Positions 19,306 through 28,587 of a stretch of DNA of 47,525 bases are shown here, one piece after another (position 1 is the first letter of the stretch; every line of letters begins with the position of its first letter). Under the pieces are notes generated by a model. The model searched no databases, was not told the DNA's origin, and was given only the letters and a program-made list of their open reading frames with translations. The DNA is from Trichomonas gallinae (lineage: Eukaryota), in the NCBI GenBank assembly GCA_008369845.1, contig MRSU01003735.1, forward strand, positions 1-47,525, in the 5' to 3' direction. Made by a program: the position numbers and the translations under genes.

Positions 19306-21679
19306 TTATTTCCCAAAATACTTAGAAAATGAATTTTGGCTTGAGTTTTTGGGCATTTGTGTAGTATCAGCACCATGGTCAGCAAGATATTTAGCAATTT
19401 CAACATATCCAAGTTCCTTAGCAGCTGTATATAGATTCTTTTATTAATAAAATAAACAAATGTGCATGGTGAATTCCTAATTATTATGATATACATATAT
19501 GATTGATGAAAGTTTTATTTTGATGATTAGCAATTGTGATTGGAGAATGAATTATAATTATAATGTACAAATGTAAATGATGAAATACTTCCTCGTTGAC
19601 ATCTGCACCATTCTCTACAAGATATTGAACTATTTCAAGAGAAGCATTCTCAACAGCAATGGCAAGTGGAAGTTTAAATTATATTAATAAACAAATGTTA
19701 TTGAAAAATCCATTATAACCATTATAAATATATGAGAACGACAAATTCCTTACAATACTGATAAATATATATGATTGATGAAGTGTATCCAAGTTGACAT
19801 CTGCGCCCTGTTCAACAAGATATTTAACCATTTCAAAATTGTTCATTTTAACAGCAACTGAGAGAGGATTCTTATTCTATATAAATAAACAAATGATATT
19901 AATGAGTTCCTTATAATAATGATAAGCAAATGCGATTGATGAATAATTCTCATGTTGATATCTTCGCCATACTCAAAGAAATTGACAATAAATTTACAAT
20001 GATTTATCAGAATAGCAGATTTGGTAGATGAATTTCTTACAATAATGATGTACCATTTAAAGGAATGATAAACAAATGTGAATGATGAATTCCTTATAAT
20101 ATTGATAAACAAATGTAATTGACAAAATACACTCATGTTAACATCTGCACCATGTTCAACAAGGAAACGAACAATATCAAGAGATTTCGTTTTAACTGCA
20201 ACTGTAAGAATATTGGTTTATATAACAGATAAACAAAAATGATTGATGAATTACTTATAAAAATGATAAACAAAAGTGATTGCTGAATAAATAATAAAAA
20301 TGAAAAACATATGGGATTGAGATATTACATATAAAAATAATTAATAAATATGATTGACAAATTGTTTATAATAAAGATAAACAGATGTTATTGATAAATA
20401 TCATTTAATACCGATAAACATCTTATAACATTGATATACAAATTAGTTTGAAGAATTTCTTAAAACATTGATAAACAAATGTCAGTGGTGAACATACTGT
20501 AATAATGATAAATATTTTATAGTACTGATAAACATTATTATTATAATGATAAATATTTGCAATTGATGAATGATATTCTTGTTGACATTTGCGTCATGCT
20601 CGACAAGATATTTTATTATTTCAAATGATTTCATCTGAACTGCCATTGAGAGAGGCGTTTGTTATTTAAAAGATAAACATTTGTAATTAATGAACGCGCT
20701 ATAATAATTATAAACATATTTTTTTGATGAATATATTATCATAATGGCAAACAACATCTTTGTTGACATTTGCACCATGTTCAACAAGAAACTGGACAAT
20801 CTCAAATGACTTCATTTCAATCGCCATTGAGAGAGGAGTCTTTTAAAAAAAAAGAAAAGCAAATGTAATTGATGAATGTATTATAATAATGATAAACAAA
20901 TACATTAGAAAGATATGTTCATCATTAACATCATATCCATTCTCAATAAGAAACAACAAGCCTTTGAGATTTGAATATAGAAAGCATTCTGCAGTGTTTA
21001 AGTTTCCAATTGATCCTTTATTTTCGAGAAGCCAATCAAAGATGTCATTTCTATGATACATCAATGCAGTTGTTAAATGCTGATCTGTTATCTTGAGCTG
21101 CTGCTCGTTGATTAAGGACATGATGATATTTTTATTTCCTCCTTCTACAGCAAACTTAATTGCGTCATCTGAAATCAAAGCACCATTTAGTTTCAAGAAT
21201 GTGAAGCATTTTTCTGAGCCATATCGGCAGGCATGATTAATTAACGATAATATTCCAACTTTCATATTAATATCAAATGTTTCCTTTTCCATACTTGCAA
21301 CCAAGTCATCCAATATGTCCAAAGCAACTGAATTACCAATGTTTCCTAATCCATTTAAATGTTTGTCTTTATTATCATTAGGTAACATTGTTTCAGTAAT
21401 TTCAATTCCATTTCGTTCCTTTAATATTTGAATTATCTGTGAAAATAATTGACTTCGTTTTGGGAATGGATACGGTAATAGTTTTAATATGTAGATAATA
21501 CTTGAAGGATTTATTGAAGAGTTGTCAATTATTTTGATTATTTCAAGAATTGAAGAATCATCAAATTGATTTTCACTGCTCAAGCATGAGATTATATGAT
21601 AAATATCCTGAAGTTGTTTCGGAACTATCACCTCGCTAATGGTTTTAATTTTAAGATCATTAATATTTTTTTCATTCAT
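19306..21679 (-). CDS. DUF3447/ankyrin-repeat gene whose ankyrin modules are separated by repeat-derived inserts (interrupted gene or pseudogene)
   Basis: The N-terminal ORF runs from 21679 to ...LIENGYDVN (20924). Modules follow at 20842-20762 (KTPLSMAIEMKSFEIVQFLVEHGANVN), 20661-20581 (QTPLSMAVQMKSFEIIKYLVEHDANVN), 20217-20137 (TNILTVAVKTKSLDIVRFLVEHGADVN), 19876-19793 (NKNPLSVAVKMNNFEMVKYLVEQGADVN), 19678-19595 (FKLPLAIAVENASLEIVQYLVENGADVN) and 19440-19306 (KNLYTAAKELGYVEIAKYLADHGAD...FGK*). Confidence 0.8.
19441..20923 (-). repeat. Interspersed ~37-nt repeat (consensus ~TTCATCAATTACATTTGTTTATCATTATTATAAGGAA) forming the inter-module inserts
   Basis: The plus-strand core GATAAACAAATG and variants recur throughout, e.g. 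20067 and 20104 (period 37). Confidence 0.85.
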
Positions 21680-21807
21680 TTTTTTATGTCACTATTCAAT
21701 AATTTCCAATGTGCATTCGATTCCACACCTTATGAATATGTCTAAATGCTTAATATAATTTTCAATATGCAGTTCTGCAAATGATGTTAGATGGCAAATT
21801 TAATTCT

Positions 21808-22142
21808 ACTTTTACCGTGTAAAGTCAAAAATATAATGATTCTTGACATTAACGTAATGAGGCTTGTTTTTCTTGGAAAATATAATTACTAGCATCACGG
21901 TTCCTTACTGTTACTATTGGCACTAATGTGCATATATAGAAAGCGGAAAAATTAAATGAAGTCAAGAATCAAAATATTTTTGACATTACGTGGCATATTT
22001 AAATGTACTTTTGCCATGTAAAGCTAAAAATATATTGATACTTGACATTTATGTTATAATATGCTTGTTTTTCATGGAAAATATAATTAATAGCATCATT
22101 AGTCCTTACTGTTACTATTGGTACTAACGTGCATATATAGAC
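21808..22142. repeat. Direct duplication of ~135 bp in a divergent promoter (21808-21941 and ~22007-22142)
   Basis: TGTAAAG...CTTGACATT...GCTTGTTTTTC.TGGAAAATATAATTA.TAGCATCA...TCCTTACTGTTACTATTGG.ACTAA.GTGCATATATAGA occurs twice, about 200 bp apart. Confidence 0.85.
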
Positions 22143-22213
22143 AGCATGATAATACATGTTTTTAATCGATTAAAATTCTTTCTTGAATATTTGAGGGGAA
22201 AATAATCGACATA

Positions 22214-22229
22214 AAAGTGACGGACCTTT
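22214..22229 (+). promoter_or_regulatory. Trichomonad core-promoter motifs AAAGTGAC (M2-like) and CCTTT (M5-like)
   Basis: AAAGTGACGGACCTTT lies just upstream of ATG 22241. Confidence 0.5.
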
Positions 22230-22240
22230 CGATTTATAGG

Positions 22241-22957
22241 ATGAGTAACAAAGTTTGCATCCTCGCTGTTGGCGATGCCGGTCCATGCCAGGACTTCATC
22301 ACTGCCATCACAAACGATGGAGAAAAGATCCCAATCAAGAATAAGTACTTTGAGTGCGATCTTTCTGTCACTTCTGATTACAAATCGAAACCACTTGCTG
22401 TTATTTGGGTTGGCTTTGCAAGATACGTCGATATGATGCCCCCAAATGCTAAGGCATTCGAAAACTGCGAACTCAGACTCGTTTTGAGAGTCCTCGAAGA
22501 TGGCAATCAGGAAGAAATCCCAGAAAAGCTTTCAGAATGGGAGGTTGATGCTATGGCCGAAGTTATCAACATCAGACTATCTACAATTGATGAAGAATTC
22601 CAGAATTTCAGAGAAGGAAAGGCTCGTTCTTCGCTTCTCGACGAAGAGCAGCAGCCAGCTGGTACACGCATCATGGAAGCACTCGAACTCGTCGACTGGC
22701 CAATCAAAATGTCTGCAGGAAAACCAAGAATCGAACAAAGAATTGAGCAGATGCTTGGTTTGCTTAAGTCACAAGATCCAGAGTGTGAGAACTTTTCTCA
22801 GGCTATGGGCATTATGATGGAGCTCAAGGAACAAATTCCGAAACTTCCAGATGAGGAACGCCACAAATATGCTGCTGCTGTTGCAATGGCATTCGGAGAG
22901 TTACTCCAGGCCGGTGGCGAAGAAGAGGAAGAAGAAAATCCTGAAGAAGATAAATAA
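22241..22957 (+). CDS. AAGAB: Alpha/gamma-adaptin-binding protein p34 (AAGAB/Irc6)-like
   Basis: IKNKYFECDL in a pseudo-GTPase N-domain, RIMEALE...W, and C-terminal LPDEERHKYAAAVAMAF. Confidence 0.7.
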   Translation: MSNKVCILAVGDAGPCQDFITAITNDGEKIPIKNKYFECDLSVTSDYKSKPLAVIWVGFARYVDMMPPNAKAFENCELRLVLRVLEDGNQEEIPEKLSEWEVDAMAEVINIRLSTIDEEFQNFREGKARSSLLDEEQQPAGTRIMEALELVDWPIKMSAGKPRIEQRIEQMLGLLKSQDPECENFSQAMGIMMELKEQIPKLPDEERHKYAAAVAMAFGELLQAGGEEEEEENPEEDK

Positions 22958-23102
22958 TAAATATAATTTGTTTCATTCACTTATTAATACCCTCCAAAGA
23001 ATGGTTCTTTTTGTCAATCAATAGAGAAAAATCTTGGTAAATTATGATAATAATATGAGAAGAAATTTTATTAGCAAAGTGATAAATAGAAAGATATAGG
23101 TT

Positions 23103-23531
23103 TTAAGCTGAGAATGCGTACATCTTGGAAATGCAGACGCCAGAACCACCAAAGTTTTCTAGGCATCTGACTGTGATGTATTCGGCTGGTACTGGTTCAT
23201 CGAGGTCGAAGAAGTGTTCGCCAGCTCTATGTTCTAATGTAACGTGCTTAACTACTTTCATGTCTTTTGGATCTGTTCCAAGTAAAAATTGTATTTCTTT
23301 CGGATTTTGGTTGTTTTCACCGTGAAGGTAGATACCAACACGGCGAATGTTGTATTGCTTGTCGAATTTTAATGTGAGATGCTGTGGAAGGCTCTGATAA
23401 TAGCTGCTGAACCAGACAAAAGTTGGATCACGCAACAAAATATTCAAGGCACGACTCTCATGGTGGTACTGGGATGAGAATTCGTAAACAGTGGCTCCGT
23501 TTGGTCCAACGCAGAGGTTTTTATACTGCAT
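23103..23531 (-). CDS. Galactose-binding-like (F5/8C / APC10 / IFT25-like) domain protein
   Basis: FSSQY...ALNIL...FVWFS...LPQHLTLKFD...NPKEIQF...YITVRCLENFG pattern. First ATG at 23531. Confidence 0.7.
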   Translation of the reverse strand: MQYKNLCVGPNGATVYEFSSQYHHESRALNILLRDPTFVWFSSYYQSLPQHLTLKFDKQYNIRRVGIYLHGENNQNPKEIQFLLGTDPKDMKVVKHVTLEHRAGEHFFDLDEPVPAEYITVRCLENFGGSGVCISKMYAFSA

Positions 23532-23580
23532 AACCAATAAAATGTTTTGAAATGATGCACTTTTTTGTCAAACCTTTTAT

Positions 23581-23814
23581 TTTACATGTCATATTTTTTG
23601 ATGACACAAAAATTGTTTACATGACATTTTATATCTCAATTTTATTATTTACACGTCATAAAATGTCAATTTTTGTATTTACATGTCATAATTCAATTAT
23701 TTTACGTGTCAAGTTTATGATTTACGTGTCATATATAAGTTTACGAAGCAAAAATGTATTTTGTTTACGTGTCAAAATCTCTCAAAAATGATGCTTTAAT
23801 AGTTTTACATGTCA
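23581..23814. promoter_or_regulatory. Array of 8 TTTACRYGWCA motifs in a divergent promoter
   Basis: Copies at 23581, 23616, 23648, 23678, 23701, 23721, 23764 and 23804, all in the same orientation. Confidence 0.65.
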
Positions 23815-23950
23815 TGAAATAATGATGTAAACTCTTAATCGTCAAAACAATTTTTATGTTAAATTAGTATATTTAAACTAATTATAAGAAAGAATGCAAA
23901 ATATTGAAGATTTTTGTTTTGACACAAAAAATAAAGAAAACCACTTTTTA

Positions 23951-25036
23951 ATGGATCTTAGGAAATTTGATGTCTTTCCAAAACTTGCGAACGAATATCG
24001 CATTGGAACAATATCTGGAGGTATACTTTCACTCATTTCAGTATTAGCCGCAGTTGTTCTGTGCTCTTACGAAGTTGTTGCATATCTCCACGCGCCAACA
24101 AGACAAAGATTATTTGTTGACACAAGAAGACCAACAGGTCCAGATAATATTACGATTGATCATCAATTACAGCCACGTCTTGATGTTAAACTTTCAATCA
24201 CATTTCCAAACGCTCCATGCCATTTAATTCACTTCGATGTCATTGATTCAGTCACACAACTCGCAATGCCTCTCGAAAGCATCGACAGCACATATATGAG
24301 ACTCAATTCAAACGGACAGCCAATCGAAAAAATCGATATTCCAAACTTAGTCAACACAGAACCAATTGAGAAATGCGGATCATGCTACGAGGCTAAAGAT
24401 CCGAAGAGAATCTGCTGCAGATCTTGCCAAGAAGTTTTCGATGCATATAAAGACGCTGGATACAAGCCACCACAGATCTCTCAGGTTGAGCAGTGCGCTC
24501 CAATCGTTGAGAAAATTAAAAAGATGGAGGGAGAAGGCTGCAGAGTCGACGCAAAATTTAAATCTCTTAGAGTTGCTTCCGAATTACACGTTTGCCCAGG
24601 CTACAGCTGGAATAGAGAGGGCTGGCACGTTCACGATCTTTCACTCTTTAACATGGAATTCGCTCAATTAAACTTAACACATCATATTCACGAATTACGC
24701 TTCTCAGACAAGGAAGGCAACTACCCATTAAACGATATTAACAATATTCAGACACAGCCAGGCGCATGGCGTGTTGTTTATACAGCTGATATTCTTGAAG
24801 GCAATTATTCGGCTTCGAAGTACCAGATGTACAATCCGCGTGGCTACGCTTCTGGTGTTTTCATCAAGTATGATGTCAGCCCAATCTCAGCTACAACATA
24901 TACAGATAAAGAACCAGTTCTTCACCTTTGCACAAGAATTCTTACTGTCATTGGTGGTGTTCTTGGCCTCTGCCGCCTCATTGATGCGATCACATTCCAT
25001 ACCCGTCGTGCTAAGCGTGTTGAAGAAATTAAATAA
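23951..25036 (+). CDS. ER-Golgi intermediate compartment protein, Erv46/ERGIC3-like
   Basis: LRKFDVFPK, T.SGG.LS, ITFPNAPC, CGSCY...CCRSCQEVFDAY, EGC, NLTHHIHELRF, YDVSPI and a C-terminal IGGV TM. Confidence 0.9.
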   Translation: MDLRKFDVFPKLANEYRIGTISGGILSLISVLAAVVLCSYEVVAYLHAPTRQRLFVDTRRPTGPDNITIDHQLQPRLDVKLSITFPNAPCHLIHFDVIDSVTQLAMPLESIDSTYMRLNSNGQPIEKIDIPNLVNTEPIEKCGSCYEAKDPKRICCRSCQEVFDAYKDAGYKPPQISQVEQCAPIVEKIKKMEGEGCRVDAKFKSLRVASELHVCPGYSWNREGWHVHDLSLFNMEFAQLNLTHHIHELRFSDKEGNYPLNDINNIQTQPGAWRVVYTADILEGNYSASKYQMYNPRGYASGVFIKYDVSPISATTYTDKEPVLHLCTRILTVIGGVLGLCRLIDAITFHTRRAKRVEEIK

Positions 25037-25165
25037 AATAATTTGTTAAATCAAATCCTGATTCTTAAATCTTGACTAAATATAATTTTTGTAACATCTA
25101 ACTTTATATATTTTATTCAACTTTGAAGAAAAAAATTGAGAATTTTATAATTTCTCAAACTTTGC

Positions 25166-26212
25166 TTATTTCTTTATGAACTTATATGCGAAGTAGAAAA
25201 GAGCTGCTGCACCAGTGATTGTTGCTGCTGCCGCGATTCCGACATCAATAAGCGAAGTTGGTTCTTCTTCTTCTGCATGCTTGCATGACTGGCAGTGCTC
25301 GCATGATCCACAGTGTTCATTCTCTTGCTTAACAGCTTCATCAATCAAATTTGGAATTTCTGGATCTAATTCTTGAGCAGCTTGCTGATAAAACCTAGCT
25401 TTTTCGTCATCCTTAGGTGTTCCACGTCCTGTATGATACAATTTTGCAATTTCGTGGTACACAGCTGGATCTCCAAGTTCAAGAGCTGCAGTTAAGAACT
25501 TAAAAGCCTTTTCTGCATCTTTGTGTGCATATGCGATCTCAGATAATGGAGAATATGCGGAACCAAGATAGAAAGCGGCTTGTTTTATACCGAGATCAAA
25601 AGCTCTTTGCAAATAAACAAGTGATTTTTCGCGGTCTTCATCATTTTCGTATAAGAAAACACCAAGCTCGTATATCGATGTTGGAATTTGGTAAACATCA
25701 GCAAGAACTGTGAGAAAATCAATAACTTGGTTGCGTTTTTCAGGTTCATTAATAAATGACTTAATATAGCCAACTATAGCAGGAATGTATCCAGAAGCTG
25801 TTGAGTATTTCAAAAGTTCTCCGAGTTTTATTTCTGGATTATTATAATGTTCCATATCTGATGTAACTAAGTATACCAATTCGTATGCTGAGTGTGGATC
25901 AATCTGATTTGTATCTGGTGTTGGCTTAATTATTAATACAGGCCAATTTATATCTTCATCTTTCTCAATTTCGATAATAAAACGATCATTTGATGGAACA
26001 ACAGCAGCTCCTTTTGTTTTACCGAACAATGTTCCTAAAATTATTGGTATTTTATCAGAAAATGTAAGAGAAATCGTATTTAATTCTTGATTGTATTGGA
26101 AATTGAACAAATCACGTTTAATAGCAACATCGCATTTAAAAGATATAGTGATCTTCCCATTTTCGTCCTCCATGTTCCAATAATAAAATTCTTGGAATTC
26201 AGCTTCAATCAT
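25166..26212 (-). CDS. CS/Hsp20-like + Sel1/TPR + tail-anchor protein (hydrogenosomal Tom36/Tom46-like)
   Basis: Beta-rich N-domain ending IEKDEDINWPVLI, Sel1-like repeats (YELGV, FYLGSAY, HEIAKLYHTGRGTPKD) and a C-terminal TM followed by KFIKK. ATG 26212 follows TCATT. Confidence 0.65.
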   Translation of the reverse strand: MIEAEFQEFYYWNMEDENGKITISFKCDVAIKRDLFNFQYNQELNTISLTFSDKIPIILGTLFGKTKGAAVVPSNDRFIIEIEKDEDINWPVLIIKPTPDTNQIDPHSAYELVYLVTSDMEHYNNPEIKLGELLKYSTASGYIPAIVGYIKSFINEPEKRNQVIDFLTVLADVYQIPTSIYELGVFLYENDEDREKSLVYLQRAFDLGIKQAAFYLGSAYSPLSEIAYAHKDAEKAFKFLTAALELGDPAVYHEIAKLYHTGRGTPKDDEKARFYQQAAQELDPEIPNLIDEAVKQENEHCGSCEHCQSCKHAEEEEPTSLIDVGIAAAATITGAAALFYFAYKFIKK

Positions 26213-26280
26213 CTTGGCTTCCGTCAACGAATAATGAAATTTTTAAACCGTTTTTGTGTTTTTGATTTATTTTTTTATTG

Positions 26281-26511
26281 ATGGATCAGTTGAATGTTTC
26301 TCCCGATGAACAAATTAGAAGATTAAGGGAAAAATGCAACGAACAACTGATTGAGAATGAGACACTAGAACAGAGGCTTTACAGTTTTCAGCATTTGCTC
26401 GAAGAAAGTGAATATCTTTCAAAAAAGAACAATACTCAGCCTGAAGTCGTAGATAATATTGATAAGCTCAAGTTTGTTAATATAGAAATTCCAGTAACAG
26501 CGCCATATTGA
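26281..26511 (+). CDS. Small coiled-coil hypothetical protein
   Basis: 76-aa ATG ORF with heptad pattern and coding-like composition. Confidence 0.6.
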   Translation: MDQLNVSPDEQIRRLREKCNEQLIENETLEQRLYSFQHLLEESEYLSKKNNTQPEVVDNIDKLKFVNIEIPVTAPY

Positions 26512-27022
26512 ATTAATTTATTTTCTTGAAAATTATTTCATTGCTTTTAGTCAAAGATAATTGTATTTTATCATTAAGTTATGCAATATAGTTTTATTGT
26601 TTGTTATATTTTTGTTATGTTTTTATTTATTTAAATTTTCACTATCAATTATAATTTTTGGATTACTCTATCACAATATAGCATTGATATCGATTTTCCA
26701 AGAAATAGCAGTTCAATGCACTTATTTCTTGCTTCAGAATTTGATAATCAAGAGATTGGCTTTCATTTTACAGAATTAATGTATATATATAAGGACAATG
26801 CAATAACAATCTGTTTAATATACTAATATTATAATTATCAATAGTGTTTCTCATTGATATTTGAAAATTATATGAATAAATTCCATTAATAAAAATAGAA
26901 ATCATATTTATATGTTGGCATTGTATCTTTCAAGAGTATTTATATAATATTTTAGCTTATTGTTAATGAAAAAACAAATGTTTTAAACAATTTGATTTAA
27001 TAATTAGAACAAACAATAATAA

Positions 27023-27976
27023 TTAAACGGTCTTGAAAAGCCTTATTTGAGGATCAGCATTTAAATATCCTACAACATAATTTTTAAGCTTTGCCTGTCT
27101 TATTGCATTGATAAATTCAGTATGTGTTAAATAATAAGCTTCTCGTTGTGACAATTCGTGCAATTTAGCTTTAATAAAGTCTGTATGCGTTTTATATTTA
27201 TCTTTTTGTAGTTCATACACGTAATTTGAGTCTACAAGGTCAGATAAAATTATTGGAACTAAATTCGACTGAACGAGATTGTCTACTAGCTGTATTAAGT
27301 CATAATCAAGGTTATTACCAGCAATCAACACGTATTTCCCTCCTAAACCGTAAACAGCATTCGCAAATTCAGATTTCTCAGTAATAAAAGCGTCTCTGAC
27401 GAATCTTGCTAACTGAGGATGTATATCTGGCATAATTTCTGCTTTAGTTGGCTTATTAAAATCTAAATACATGCATTTTCCAGCGACTTCTGAATAAACT
27501 TTCGGAGTTTTCTTTTTATTTGCATATTTTTCGTATAGGTTGACTCGTGTTCCACCTTGTATGGCTTTAAAGCCGCGAATTCGCTGCGTATCTATTGATT
27601 TAACTTCTCGAGGATATGTAAATTGAATTACTTGAAGTTTAAATACATGTGCGTATTGTATTAGCTTGTTTATAAGAGGAATAATAAAGTTTAATCGATC
27701 GTGCGAATATATACACTGATTATCTGGAATTAAATGAACTGCTAAAACGATTTTATGTGCATCAACTGTTATATTTACTTTTTTATCGTTTTTGTATACT
27801 GGTAAATCAAAGTATTTAGGTGGATATGGATCAGGTGGAAAACTATTTCTATTTGGAATCAAAGTTAAACAAGAAATTGTGATTACCGCAGTGAGAATAC
27901 CTACAATTATCTGAGCTATGCGCAAATAGTTTATAGGAATAGGCTTAACATGAGGTCTTTTTGGTAGATGCTTCAT
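27023..27976 (-). CDS. Type II membrane protein with degenerate isochorismatase-like (cysteine hydrolase) fold
   Basis: N-terminal TM, then IHPQL...DAFIT, YVLIAGNN and PIILSDLVDS, matching the isochorismatase strand pattern. The fold call is tentative. Confidence 0.5.
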   Translation of the reverse strand: MKHLPKRPHVKPIPINYLRIAQIIVGILTAVITISCLTLIPNRNSFPPDPYPPKYFDLPVYKNDKKVNITVDAHKIVLAVHLIPDNQCIYSHDRLNFIIPLINKLIQYAHVFKLQVIQFTYPREVKSIDTQRIRGFKAIQGGTRVNLYEKYANKKKTPKVYSEVAGKCMYLDFNKPTKAEIMPDIHPQLARFVRDAFITEKSEFANAVYGLGGKYVLIAGNNLDYDLIQLVDNLVQSNLVPIILSDLVDSNYVYELQKDKYKTHTDFIKAKLHELSQREAYYLTHTEFINAIRQAKLKNYVVGYLNADPQIRLFKTV

Positions 27977-28587
27977 TCATCCACACAACAACTTTAATAT
28001 GAAAATAAATCCTATATTGACATTCCAATTAACATGTTTTTCTAATTAATACTCTTTAAATACTATGTTATCACATCAAATTTGAAAAATAAAATACATT
28101 TTTCCAAAAGATTAATTGCTATAGATTTCATACATATTATCAATCCTGATTTACTATTTATTTTTGAGAAATAGCATCCATTTTTTGTCAAAAAAATTAA
28201 TATTCTAAAAAACAGCATCAAAAAAAGAGCAAAATCCTAAAAAAAATGTCAATATAGAATTTAACTGAAAACTTCGATTGGTGATAATTATAGATATATA
28301 GATGTAAATCATGATTTTTGGAAAGATTTGGAAAATAGTGGAATAATTTAGAAAATGTTGAAATGGAAGAGTTTGGAGTAATATAATAGGATATAGAGCA
28401 TATCTATAAAATAAAAATACTATTATTATCGAGAAATATAATTCATGTAAAGAATTCTAAATTCATTTTTTTTCTAATTTTTGATTTTTACAAATATTTA
28501 GATATTTTAAAGAAAAGTTAATAAAAAATCAACAAAAACGGAAAACAAAAATTTTGTAAAAAAAAAAAAAAATAAACAGCCCGCCAG

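Noticed and set aside
19236..20136. ORFs 19236-19496 and 19843-20136 as independent genes
   Set aside because: They are translations of insert repeats running into out-of-frame ankyrin modules.
19441..20923. CRISPR-like array (37-nt repeats with unique spacers)
   Set aside because: The repeats are degenerate and tandem, the 'spacers' are homologous ankyrin modules, there are no cas genes and the context is eukaryotic.
19441..20923. Canonical spliceosomal introns, or simple stop-codon readthrough/alternative genetic code
   Set aside because: There is no ACTAAC-CAG branch/acceptor and no consistent GT-AG. Three gaps shift frame, so readthrough cannot join the modules, and other genes here end normally at TAA/TAG/TGA.
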